A DNA stretch of 64,000 bases from an uncultured Eubacteriales bacterium (GTDB lineage Bacteria > Bacillota > Clostridia > Lachnospirales > Lachnospiraceae). The notes under the pieces are model-generated. The model had not been told where the DNA came from. It did no database searches and was given only the letters and a program-made list of their open reading frames with translations. Both the position numbers and the translations under genes were made by a program. The stretch lies in assembly GCA_900316115.1 (NCBI GenBank), contig ONBN01000005.1, positions 3,165 to 67,164 of the forward strand, read 5' to 3'. Shown here one piece after another: positions 38,363 to 47,811 of this stretch; positions within the stretch are counted from its first letter, which is position 1; each line of letters begins with the position of its first letter.

Positions 38363-39325
38363 ATGAAAAGCATGAAAGTTAAGAAAGAATTACAAGGCGT
38401 AACAAAAAAAGAAAAAAAGCAGGAAAATAAGAGTGATGCATTCCGCAGTTTTACTCTTGTTTCCGGATGTGCCCTGTTATCTCTCAGCATTGCGGTTGGT
38501 TCCAAGTTTATTGACAACAGTGACCGCAGCCAGGTTTATGCCGCTTCTGAAGCTGAGGAGAATATGGTTTCTGCTTCGTCGGAGAGAGGGACTTTTGACG
38601 GCAGTGCGCTTCCCACCGGGATCGCAGGTGTTGTGTCAGGAGTTTCTGAGACACCCGCTGCAGGAACCAGGATCAAAAGGATCGGTACTTCCTGCGAGAA
38701 TGTGCTGGTAGGGCAGAGGGTGAAGGTAGTAGAGGATGGTGCTTCCAGACTGAATGTAAGTTCTTCTATGGAGAGCACTGTGGAGAATCTTGATCAGACA
38801 GCTGCCCATATGGCAGAGAATCCTACCATCATGTCTGATGCAGATTATGATGTTTTCTTAAGGATCGTGGAAGCAGAGGCTGGGACAGAGGATCTTAAGG
38901 GACGTATCCTTGTTGCCAATGTGATCCTGAACCGGGTCAAAAATGATGAGTTCCCTGATACGGTTACAGAAGTGGTGTGGGACAGCAGATATGGAGTGCC
39001 CCAGTTTTCACCAACTTATGATGGTCGGATCTATCAGGTTACAGTTACGGACGAGACCAGGGAGGCTGTAAAGGAAGCACTGGAAGGTGTGGATTATTCC
39101 CAGGGTGCACTGTTCTTTATTGAGAAAAAAGCTGCAGAGAAGCAGAATGTAGCCTGGTTTGAAAAGGATCTGCAGAAGCTTTTCAAATACGGAGTCCATG
39201 AATTTTACAAATATCCGGATGAAAGCAGCAAGGGTGATTCCTCGTCTAAGGACAAATCTTCCTCTGATAAGGATAATGACCAGGAAACCGTGGTACAGAT
39301 GGTAAAAAATGATATAAATAGCTGA
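38363..39325 (+). CDS. Cell wall hydrolase (SleB-like Hydrolase_2 domain) with N-terminal anchor
   Basis: RIVEAEAGTE, VANVILNRV, FPDTVTEVV, QFSP, GALFF, GVHEFY. Confidence 0.88.
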   Translation: MKSMKVKKELQGVTKKEKKQENKSDAFRSFTLVSGCALLSLSIAVGSKFIDNSDRSQVYAASEAEENMVSASSERGTFDGSALPTGIAGVVSGVSETPAAGTRIKRIGTSCENVLVGQRVKVVEDGASRLNVSSSMESTVENLDQTAAHMAENPTIMSDADYDVFLRIVEAEAGTEDLKGRILVANVILNRVKNDEFPDTVTEVVWDSRYGVPQFSPTYDGRIYQVTVTDETREAVKEALEGVDYSQGALFFIEKKAAEKQNVAWFEKDLQKLFKYGVHEFYKYPDESSKGDSSSKDKSSSDKDNDQETVVQMVKNDINS

Positions 39326-39338
39326 ATAGCAGCATTTG

Positions 39339-39376
39339 AAAGAGGAGACGGCGTGAAAGGCGCTGCCTCCTCTTTT
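39339..39376 (+). terminator. Intrinsic terminator
   Basis: AAAGAGGAGACGGCG...CGCTGCCTCCTCTTTT. Confidence 0.75.
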
Positions 39377-39487
39377 GACATTTTGATGTGGTAATTTGAA
39401 AAAGCATGTGCTATAATGGCAGAAACTACAGGGCATTGTTGAATTTAATGTCGCAAAACACTTATCATAGAAAGGCAGGAACACATA

Positions 39488-40978
39488 ATGGAGGTAATGT
39501 ATCAGAGTACAAGAGGCAAAGGTGATCTGGTGACTGCGTCACAGGCCATATTAAAGGGACTTTCCGATGATGGAGGTTTATTTGTACCTACACAGATCCC
39601 GAAGCTGGATATTCCAATGGAGAAGCTTTCCAAAATGACCTACCAGGAGACAGCCTATGAGGTGATGAGCCGTTTCCTTACAGATTTTACAGAAGAAGAA
39701 CTGAAGCATTGTATCCGCAGTGCATATGATGAGAAATTTGATACAGAGAAGATCGCACCGATCCACCAGGCAGACGGAGCATATTTCCTGGAACTGTACC
39801 ATGGTGCTACCATTGCATTTAAAGATATGGCATTATCCATTCTTCCTTATCTGATGACTACAGCAGCAAAGAAGAATGGTGTTACCAATGAGATCGTGAT
39901 CCTTACAGCTACATCCGGAGATACAGGTAAGGCTGCTATGGCCGGTTTTGCAGATGTGCCAGGCACAAGGATCATCGTATTTTACCCGAAGCACGGTGTA
40001 AGCCCTGTACAGGAAAAGCAGATGGTAACGCAGAAGGGTAAGAATACATACGTTGTAGGGATCACCGGCAATTTCGATGATGCCCAGACCGCAGTAAAGA
40101 AGATGTTTAATGACAAAGACCTGGAGGCTCTGCTTGGCAAGGCAGGATTCCAGTTCTCTTCAGCCAATTCCATTAATATCGGACGTCTTGTACCTCAGAT
40201 CGTATATTATGTATATGCATACAGCACACTGATTCGTCAGGGCAGCATCAAAGAAGGAGAAAAGATCAACATTGTTGTTCCTACAGGTAACTTTGGGAAT
40301 ATCCTGGCTGCTTTCTATGCAAAACAGATGGGACTTCCTGTGAATAAGCTGATCTGTGCTTCCAATGAGAACAAGGTGCTTTATGATTTCTTCTCCACAG
40401 GTACTTATGACAGAAAGAGGAATTTCATCCTGACCACTTCTCCATCTATGGATATCCTGATCTCCAGCAACCTGGAAAGACTGATCTTCCGTCTTACAGG
40501 TGAGGATCCGGCTGCATGTGCAAAGCTGATGGAAGAACTGTCAAACGGAGGAGAGTACACCATCACTTCTGAGATGAAAGCAGGTCTTTCTGATTTCTAC
40601 GGCAATTACTGTACGGAAAAAGAGACAAGTGAAGCTATTCATCAGGTATTTGAAAAGGATCATTATGTAATTGACACGCATACAGCAGTGGCTGCCGGCG
40701 TATATAAGAAATATAAGGCTGATACAAAGGATGACACACCTACTGTGATCGCATCTACAGCCAGCCCGTATAAATTTACCAGAAGCGTTATGGAAGCCAT
40801 CAGCAGCGGCAGCGAGGCTATGGATGATTTTGCACTTGCAGATGCACTTGCAAAGCTGTCCGGTACCAGTGTGCCTAAGGCAGTAGAAGAGATCCGTACA
40901 GCACCAGTTCTTCATGACTGTGTGGTAGATGCTGTAGATATGCCTGCTACTGTGAAGAAGATCCTGGGTATCTGCTAA
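39488..40978 (+). CDS. thrC: Threonine synthase
   Basis: YQSTRG, DGGLFVP, LYHGATIAFKDMAL, TATSGDTG, NSINIGRL, PTGNFGN. Confidence 0.97.
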   Translation: MEVMYQSTRGKGDLVTASQAILKGLSDDGGLFVPTQIPKLDIPMEKLSKMTYQETAYEVMSRFLTDFTEEELKHCIRSAYDEKFDTEKIAPIHQADGAYFLELYHGATIAFKDMALSILPYLMTTAAKKNGVTNEIVILTATSGDTGKAAMAGFADVPGTRIIVFYPKHGVSPVQEKQMVTQKGKNTYVVGITGNFDDAQTAVKKMFNDKDLEALLGKAGFQFSSANSINIGRLVPQIVYYVYAYSTLIRQGSIKEGEKINIVVPTGNFGNILAAFYAKQMGLPVNKLICASNENKVLYDFFSTGTYDRKRNFILTTSPSMDILISSNLERLIFRLTGEDPAACAKLMEELSNGGEYTITSEMKAGLSDFYGNYCTEKETSEAIHQVFEKDHYVIDTHTAVAAGVYKKYKADTKDDTPTVIASTASPYKFTRSVMEAISSGSEAMDDFALADALAKLSGTSVPKAVEEIRTAPVLHDCVVDAVDMPATVKKILGIC

Positions 40979-40979
40979 T

Positions 40980-42422
40980 ATGAAATGGGAGCGGCTTCTT
41001 TCCTCAAAAAGGGTCAGCACCTCCATGTCTGACCCGGCGCAGCCCGTTCATACAAGGGATCTGCGAAGTGAATTTGAAAAGGACTATCACAGGATCATTG
41101 GCAGCTCTTCTTTTCGCAGGCTTCAGGATAAGACCCAGGTATTTGCCCTGGACAAAAGTGATTTCATCCGCACAAGGCTGACTCATTCCCTGGAAGTGTC
41201 GTCCTTTGCCAGATCCCTTGGACAGAATATTGGAGAATGTATTCTGAACCAGGGGCTGGATCCGGACTTTACCAGGGAGATGCAGCGGGATATCTGTGAT
41301 ATCCTTCAGTGTGCAGGGTTGATCCATGATATTGGTAATCCTCCTTTTGGACATTTTGGAGAAGAAGCGATCAGGGACTGGTTTGCCAGGAAATTACCAG
41401 GCCTTTCCTATAAAGGGAAGCCTTTGACACAGGTACTTACCAGCCAGATGATCCGTGATTTTCTTTATTTTGAGGGAAATGCCCAGGCCCTTCGGCAGGT
41501 GACAAAGCTTCATTTCCTTTCAGATGAGAATGGCATGGATCTTACCTATGCTCTTCTTGATACCATTATCAAGTATCCGGTTTCTTCCTGTGGGATGGAG
41601 CCGGATGGCGACAGGATTTTCAGGAAGAAAATGGGCTATTTTTACGGGGAACAGTCTTTATACCAGCAGATCGCCGGTGATATGGGGACACTGGGAGTAA
41701 GACATCCTCTTACCTTTATCCTGGAGGCGGCAGATGATATTGCCTACCGCACGGCTGACACAGAGGATGCTTTCAAAAAAGGTTTTATCAATTATCCGAT
41801 TTTGATAGAAGAACTTAAGAAAGGGCAGGAAAGAGCCATTCAGGAAGGGTATCTTGTAGACAGGGAGCATATGGATCCTGTAAAGGTGCTGGCAGATCAG
41901 TATCAGGCAGGCCTTAAAAAGGGAGTGGTAAGTCCGGAGTTTTACGCTGTCCAGAATTTTCTTTCCTGGCTTCAAAGTGAGCTTCTTTACTGTGCTGCTT
42001 CCGGTTTTATTTCCCATTATGATCAGATCATGGCCGGCACCTATGAGCGGGATCTGTTTTATGGTACCTGCGGGGACTGGGTGATCCGTCTTCTTGGGGA
42101 CATGGCTTACCGCAGGGCTTTTCTTTCCAAGCAGATCCTGTCTATGGAGGTTTCTGCCTGGATCATCCTGAATTTTCTTATGGATCTGTTTGTGCCTGCA
42201 GTGATCCACTACGATACAGAGCAGCCTCAATCCATGATGGATCAGAAGATGGTTGCACTGATCTCGGAAAATTACAGGCAGATTTACCATATGCACAGTC
42301 GTCATGTATCTTCTGAAAAAGAGCGGCTTTATCTGCGTCTGCTTCTTGTAACGGATTTTATTTCGGGTATGACAGATACTTATGCCAAGGATTTATACCA
42401 GAAACTGAACGGGATCAGTTAG
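40980..42422 (+). CDS. dgt: dGTP triphosphohydrolase (HD family)
   Basis: FRRLQDKTQVF, RTRLTHSLEV, HDIGNPPFGHFGE, EAADDIAY, DFISGMTD. Confidence 0.94.
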   Translation: MKWERLLSSKRVSTSMSDPAQPVHTRDLRSEFEKDYHRIIGSSSFRRLQDKTQVFALDKSDFIRTRLTHSLEVSSFARSLGQNIGECILNQGLDPDFTREMQRDICDILQCAGLIHDIGNPPFGHFGEEAIRDWFARKLPGLSYKGKPLTQVLTSQMIRDFLYFEGNAQALRQVTKLHFLSDENGMDLTYALLDTIIKYPVSSCGMEPDGDRIFRKKMGYFYGEQSLYQQIAGDMGTLGVRHPLTFILEAADDIAYRTADTEDAFKKGFINYPILIEELKKGQERAIQEGYLVDREHMDPVKVLADQYQAGLKKGVVSPEFYAVQNFLSWLQSELLYCAASGFISHYDQIMAGTYERDLFYGTCGDWVIRLLGDMAYRRAFLSKQILSMEVSAWIILNFLMDLFVPAVIHYDTEQPQSMMDQKMVALISENYRQIYHMHSRHVSSEKERLYLRLLLVTDFISGMTDTYAKDLYQKLNGIS

Positions 42423-42519
42423 GAAATTTGTCAGTGAATTGTGCAATAAGACAGAAAAAACATAAAAATATTTGTATTTTATGTTGAAAAAGGGCATATA
42501 CTAGAGTATAATAAATTTC

Positions 42520-42712
42520 AGAAAAGAACTTGAGTATCCTGGAATGTGCGAGCACCCTTTTATTTTTGAACCTACATTGACATTAAGGGACTCCAAGATC
42601 GCAGTTTGGATGTCAGACCTCTCGCTGTGGTAGGCAGAAGAACTGTTGAGGACACCCACCTGGCCGCAGGCTAGGCGTCAAAAAGAAGGGAACGGCATTC
42701 TGGGACTTATAG
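42520..42712 (+). ncRNA. ssrS: 6S RNA
   Basis: Promoter TTGAAA/TATAAT at 42484-42511; closing stem TCCTGGAATGTGCG / CGGCATTCTGGGA; CCCTTTTATTTTTGA / TCAAAAAGAAGGG; TTTGAACC and CACCCACCTG elements typical of clostridial 6S. Confidence 0.8.
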
Positions 42713-42722
42713 ATAATTACAG

Positions 42723-42780
42723 GGCTGCTGCATGGCAGGCGCACACAGAAGGTGATGCCTGTGCAACGGCTTATTTTTTT
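42723..42780 (+). terminator. Terminator after 6S RNA
   Basis: GGCTGCTGCA...TGCAACGGCT followed by a T-tract. Confidence 0.6.
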
Positions 42781-42812
42781 ATTATTTATTATGATCTACG
42801 GGAGGAAAAACG

Positions 42813-43868
42813 ATGGGTGTAACAGAAAGGAAATTCGGGGAGCTGTCAACAGGTCAGGATGTGATGATCTACCACCTGGAGAATGCATCCGGTGCTTATG
42901 TGGAGGTTATGGAGCTGGGAGCAGACCTGGTGAAGGTATGCGTGCCGGATAAGAATGGTGTGCTTACAGATGTTGTTCTTGGTTTTGATGATGTACGGCA
43001 ATATGAAGAGAATCCATATTTCTTCGGAGTTGTAGTAGGGCGTAACTGCAACCGTATCGGTGGAGCGAAGTTTAATCTTTTCGGTAAGGAGATCCAGCTT
43101 GCTGCCAATGAGAATGGGAATAACCTGCACAGCGGGCCTAATGGATTTGAGAAGAAGATGTGGAAGGCTACAGATATTTCCCAGGATAAGCAGGCTGTTA
43201 CCTTTACAAGAGTCAGCCCGGACGGTGAGAATGGTTTCCCAGGAGATTTTAAAATATCCGTAAAATATGAGTTTACAAATGAAAATGAATTGCGTATCCA
43301 CTATACAGGGATCTGCGACCGGGATACAGTAGCCAATATGACAAACCATTCTTACTTTAATCTTGGCGGAGACGGCAGCGGAGATGTGCTGGATCAGATT
43401 CTGACGATCCATAGTAAATATTATACGCCTGTAGATCAGGAATCCATTCCTATCGGTGAATACGCTCCTGTAGAAGGGACACCTTTTGACTTTAACCATC
43501 CGAAGAAGATCGGACAGGATATTGAAGCGGACTTTGAACAGCTTCGTTTTACTGGTGGATATGACCACAATTATGTAACAGACAATTATGCCAAGGGGAA
43601 CCGGCGTCTCATCGCCAGTGCATATTGCCAGGAAAGCGGGATCGTGATGGATGTGGCTTCTGACTGCCCGTGTGTTCAGTTTTATGCAGGCAATTTTATC
43701 CAGCCCATTACAGGCAAATATGGACATACATATACCAAGAGGAACGGCTTCTGTCTGGAGACACAGGTAGAGCCAAATGCAGTGAATGTGGAGGATTTCC
43801 ACTCCCCGATCCTGGAGGAAGGCCAGCCCTATGATTCTGTTACTTCTTTTACTTTCCGTGTAAAATAA
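42813..43868 (+). CDS. galM: Aldose 1-epimerase
   Basis: GRNCNRIG, NNLHSG, NMTNHSYFNL, GYDHNY, QFYAGNF, CLETQ. Confidence 0.95.
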   Translation: MGVTERKFGELSTGQDVMIYHLENASGAYVEVMELGADLVKVCVPDKNGVLTDVVLGFDDVRQYEENPYFFGVVVGRNCNRIGGAKFNLFGKEIQLAANENGNNLHSGPNGFEKKMWKATDISQDKQAVTFTRVSPDGENGFPGDFKISVKYEFTNENELRIHYTGICDRDTVANMTNHSYFNLGGDGSGDVLDQILTIHSKYYTPVDQESIPIGEYAPVEGTPFDFNHPKKIGQDIEADFEQLRFTGGYDHNYVTDNYAKGNRRLIASAYCQESGIVMDVASDCPCVQFYAGNFIQPITGKYGHTYTKRNGFCLETQVEPNAVNVEDFHSPILEEGQPYDSVTSFTFRVK

Positions 43869-43938
43869 AAGGATATAAAAAGATAAATTCTTTTTCAAAA
43901 GGCTCTGTCATATATTTGTTATATGAGGAGCTTTTTTT

Positions 43939-45315
43939 ATGCGTAAAATATCAGGAAAAACCTACAAAAAGATCATGTTTGCCATTTCTCTGCTTGCCTG
44001 GCTGATGCTTGCAAATGAAGCGCTGCTGATCCATATGAAAGACCAGAGCCAGGAAGAGAAGTTGCAGAAAGAAAGGCAGGGGCAGATACCCAAAGATATG
44101 CAGGGGTATACGCAGAAGAATACACAGGAATATGGACAGGAAGGTGTACAGAAAGATACAGAGGAAAGTATTCAGGGAAACACAGAGGAACGCACTGCCG
44201 GTGATGTATCGCAGTCTGCAAGCAGGGAAACGAAAAAGCAGGATCCAAAAATCCGGGTATTACTGATGGATTCCGGCTATGATACATATCAGCATGAAAA
44301 AGTATCCCTGGAGATCAAAGGCAAGGCAGTCTCCTATACAGCAGAGGACCTGAAGGAAACAGGAGAAGCTATAACCCTGGATGGAGGCAGTGAAGGGATT
44401 ACCGTAACATCCCTGCAAAGAAACCAGGGGAATCCTACGTATATGGGAACATTAACGATCAAAAGGACAGAAAAAGGGGATGCTCTTTACCTGATCAATG
44501 AGCTGCCCCTGGAAACTTATCTGGAGGGAGTGGTGCCAAGCGAAATGCCGTCCTCCTATCATCAGGAAGCCTTAAAGGCTCAGGCAGTGTGCGCCAGAAC
44601 ATATGCCTGGAAACAGATTGAAGATGGCAGTCTGAAGGAGTATGGGGCGGATGTAGACGATAGTGTGAATTTTCAGGTTTACCAAAATCAGGCTCCTGCA
44701 GAAAGCACTACCAGTGCGGTTGTGGATACAAAAGGACAGGTAATGACACAAAATGGAGAACTGATCCAGGCCTATTATTTTTCAACCTCTGCAGGGACAA
44801 CCAGTACAGACCAGATCTGGGGCGCAGACAGCCCGGCTCCATATCTGAAAAGCGTTGCCTGCAGATTCGATAAGGACCAGCCCTGGGGCAGCTGGATAGC
44901 AGAAATCCCCTGGGAACAGGTGGAAAAAAGCGCAGCCACATACAGCCAGGGAAAGCTTTTAGGTCTTCAGATCACAAGAAAAAATGAAAGCAGCGCAGTT
45001 ACAGGGCTGACTGTCAATACGGAACTTGGAAGCTTTCTGGTGGAAGGAGAATATGATGTGCGCCGTTTTCTGACGCCGGCTGGCTGTCAGATCACAGAGC
45101 AGGACGGGAGTGCTGTGACAGGTGGAACCCTGCTTCCAAGCGCCTATTTTACTATGGAGCAGGAGGCTGGTAATATGATCCGCATCCAGGGAAAAGGGTA
45201 TGGCCATGGAGTGGGAATGAGCCAGAGTGGGGCAGATCAGATGGCTGAGGAAGGGTATACCTGCCAGGAGATCCTGGAATATTTTTTTAAGGATATTCAG
45301 ATTACCAGAAGATAA
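43939..45315 (+). CDS. SpoIID/LytB-domain protein
   Basis: LINELPLETYLEGVVPSEMP, EALKAQAVCARTYA, FQVY, GYGHGVGMSQ. Confidence 0.9.
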   Translation: MRKISGKTYKKIMFAISLLAWLMLANEALLIHMKDQSQEEKLQKERQGQIPKDMQGYTQKNTQEYGQEGVQKDTEESIQGNTEERTAGDVSQSASRETKKQDPKIRVLLMDSGYDTYQHEKVSLEIKGKAVSYTAEDLKETGEAITLDGGSEGITVTSLQRNQGNPTYMGTLTIKRTEKGDALYLINELPLETYLEGVVPSEMPSSYHQEALKAQAVCARTYAWKQIEDGSLKEYGADVDDSVNFQVYQNQAPAESTTSAVVDTKGQVMTQNGELIQAYYFSTSAGTTSTDQIWGADSPAPYLKSVACRFDKDQPWGSWIAEIPWEQVEKSAATYSQGKLLGLQITRKNESSAVTGLTVNTELGSFLVEGEYDVRRFLTPAGCQITEQDGSAVTGGTLLPSAYFTMEQEAGNMIRIQGKGYGHGVGMSQSGADQMAEEGYTCQEILEYFFKDIQITRR

Positions 45316-45447
45316 ATTGACTACAATTTTGGGGACTGACAACAGACAGGCAGGCTGCTTTTGGGATCCACAACCGGCTGGTGGCTGCTCTCTTGTCAGA
45401 ATATGTATTTCATGATATGATACAAGAAAATCTTCAGGAGCCGATGT

Positions 45448-46356
45448 ATGGATGAGAAAAAGGAAAAACAGAATATTCTGGGGCTGCTCTTAGGGTTTGT
45501 GGATCGGATCAATGGGGATCATGTGGGAGCCTATGCGGCACAGGCTGCGTATTTCCTGATCATGTCTTTTATTCCTTTTCTGCTTTTTTTAACAACTCTG
45601 ATACAATATACACCACTGACTTACAATGTGGTCAGTGAAGCGATCCGTGGCTTTATGCCGGACAGTCTTCAGAATTTTGTGTTGATGATCGTAGCAGAGG
45701 TATATAACCGAAGTGCAGCAGTTGTGCCTATTTCCGCACTTCTGGCTTTGTGGTCTGCAGGAAAGGCCATGCAGTCCCTTACCAATGGACTGAACACTAT
45801 TTATCATGTAAAAGAGACACGTAACTGGCTGCTGAACAGGATTTATGCAGTGCTTTATACCATGCTTTTCGGGGTGGCACTGATCGTGTCCCTGCTGCTT
45901 CTTGTTCTTGGCAATAAGATCCAGGCTGCAGCTTCAAAGTATATACCTGTACTTGGCAGGCTGATCGGAAGCATTATCGGGGCAAGGACCCTTCTTGTTT
46001 TTGTTGTGCTTTTTCTGGTATTTCTGTTTCTTTACAAGGTTCTTCCCAACAGACGGGCAACCATGAAAAGCCAGGCACCAGGAGCACTTATGATCGCTGT
46101 AGGATGGTCTGTTTTTTCATTTTTCTTTTCTCTTTATTTTGATATTTTTCCAAATGTAAGCAATATGTACGGAAGCCTGACAGCCCTGATCATGCTGATG
46201 CTGTGGCTGTACAGCTGTATGTATCTTGTACTGTGCGGTGCTGAGATCAATGCTTATTTTGAAAAGCAGTTTCGGAAGGCCCAGGCATCCATGCGGGAGA
46301 TGCTGAACAGGGAAAAAACGGAAAATGATGCAGGAAAAGAGGAAGATCCCTCTTGA
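45448..46356 (+). CDS. YihY/BrkB family membrane protein
   Basis: AAQAAYFLIMSFIPF, LYKVLPN, YGSLTALIMLMLWLY. Confidence 0.92.
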   Translation: MDEKKEKQNILGLLLGFVDRINGDHVGAYAAQAAYFLIMSFIPFLLFLTTLIQYTPLTYNVVSEAIRGFMPDSLQNFVLMIVAEVYNRSAAVVPISALLALWSAGKAMQSLTNGLNTIYHVKETRNWLLNRIYAVLYTMLFGVALIVSLLLLVLGNKIQAAASKYIPVLGRLIGSIIGARTLLVFVVLFLVFLFLYKVLPNRRATMKSQAPGALMIAVGWSVFSFFFSLYFDIFPNVSNMYGSLTALIMLMLWLYSCMYLVLCGAEINAYFEKQFRKAQASMREMLNREKTENDAGKEEDPS

Positions 46357-46384
46357 CAGATGGGAGGGGCTGTGGCATAGTAAG

Positions 46385-46700
46385 AACTGATAAAAAGGCG
46401 TAGAAAGTGTTTCAGGAAATGATTTTCTTACAGAGAGAGGGAGTCACCGGCTGGAAGCCCCCTTAAGTTCAGATTATTTCTCAGTTTCCCACTGGAGCCG
46501 CATTTCTGAAGGATATTAAGTGATCGTAACTGATTTGCAGGGTATTGTATCCGGCAAGGGTAACGGACAGTTACATGTGATCACACAGTAGGAAGTGACG
46601 TAAGCTGTGCGTTAAACAGATCAGAGAGCCTGTTTATAACAGGAATCAGGGTGGTACCGCGGAAATATGCTCCGTCCCTTTTGGGATGGGGTTTTTTTTA
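46385..46700 (+). promoter_or_regulatory. Phe T-box riboswitch
   Basis: AGAGA and GCTG boxes, TTC specifier at 46468-46470, T-box AGGGTGGTACCGCG at 46648-46661, terminator CCGTCCC/GGGATGG plus T8. Confidence 0.93.
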
Positions 46701-46749
46701 TGAAAAAATCCCCCCAAAGTGCTACAAAAACAACAAAGGAGATAGTGTT

Positions 46750-47775
46750 ATGGATATGAAAGAAAGACTCCAGGAACTGGCTGAGAATGCCAGGAAAAGA
46801 ATCGAAGATTCAGAGGGCCTGGACAGATTAAATGAAGTCAGAGTGGCATATCTTGGTAAAAAAGGTGAACTGACAGCGATTTTAAAGGGCATGAAGGATG
46901 TAAGCCCTGAGGAACGTCCAAAGGTAGGACAGCTTGTAAATGAAACAAGAAGCAAGATCGAGGCTCTTCTGGAAGAGTCCAAGCAGAAGCTGGAAGAAGC
47001 AGTCCGTGAAGAGAAAATGAAAGCAGAAGTGATCGATGTTACCCTTCCAGCCAAAAGAGCAAAGCTGGGACATCGTCATCCAAACTCCATTGCCCTGGAA
47101 GAGGTAGAGCGTATCTTTATCGGAATGGGCTATGAAGTAGTAGAGGGACCGGAAGTGGAGTATGCAGATTATAACTTTACAAAGCTGAATATCCCGGAAG
47201 ACCATCCGGCAAGAGACGAACAGGATACTTTCTTTATCAATGATTCTATCCTGCTCAGATCCCAGACTTCACCGGTACAGGCTCGTACCATGGAGAAAGG
47301 CAAGCTGCCTATCCGTATGATCGCACCTGGACGGGTATTCCGTTCTGATGAAGTGGATGCGACCCATTCACCATCTTTCCATCAGATCGAAGGTCTTGTT
47401 GTAGATAAGAATATTACATTTGCTGACCTTAAGGGAACACTGGAAGAGTTTGCAAAAGAACTTTTCGGACCGGACACAAAGACAAAATTCCGTCCTCATC
47501 ATTTCCCGTTTACAGAGCCAAGCGCAGAGGTGGATGTTTCCTGCTTTAAGTGCGGAGGCAAAGGCTGCCGTTTCTGTAAAGGATCCGGCTGGATCGAGAT
47601 ACTTGGCTGTGGTACAGTTCATCCTAATGTACTGCGTATGTGTGGCATTGATCCGGATGAATATACAGGCTTTGCATTTGGTGTAGGCCTTGAGCGTATC
47701 GCACTGCTGAAATATGAGATTGATGATATGCGTCTGCTGTATGAGAATGATATCCGATTCTTAAAACAGTTCTAA
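46750..47775 (+). CDS. pheS: Phenylalanine-tRNA ligase alpha subunit
   Basis: [51 protein letters not shown]. Confidence 0.98.
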   Translation: MDMKERLQELAENARKRIEDSEGLDRLNEVRVAYLGKKGELTAILKGMKDVSPEERPKVGQLVNETRSKIEALLEESKQKLEEAVREEKMKAEVIDVTLPAKRAKLGHRHPNSIALEEVERIFIGMGYEVVEGPEVEYADYNFTKLNIPEDHPARDEQDTFFINDSILLRSQTSPVQARTMEKGKLPIRMIAPGRVFRSDEVDATHSPSFHQIEGLVVDKNITFADLKGTLEEFAKELFGPDTKTKFRPHHFPFTEPSAEVDVSCFKCGGKGCRFCKGSGWIEILGCGTVHPNVLRMCGIDPDEYTGFAFGVGLERIALLKYEIDDMRLLYENDIRFLKQF

Positions 47776-47811
47776 AAAGGGAAACCATAGTAAACGGAGG
47801 TTAATATACAG

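Noticed and set aside
42846-43898. Long antisense ORFs, e.g. 350 aa opposite galM; also 9587-10372, 12830-13567, 20281-21060, 34320-35279, 48547-49443
   Set aside because: They shadow well-supported genes on the other strand, have no recognisable motifs and no RBS; expected from codon bias.
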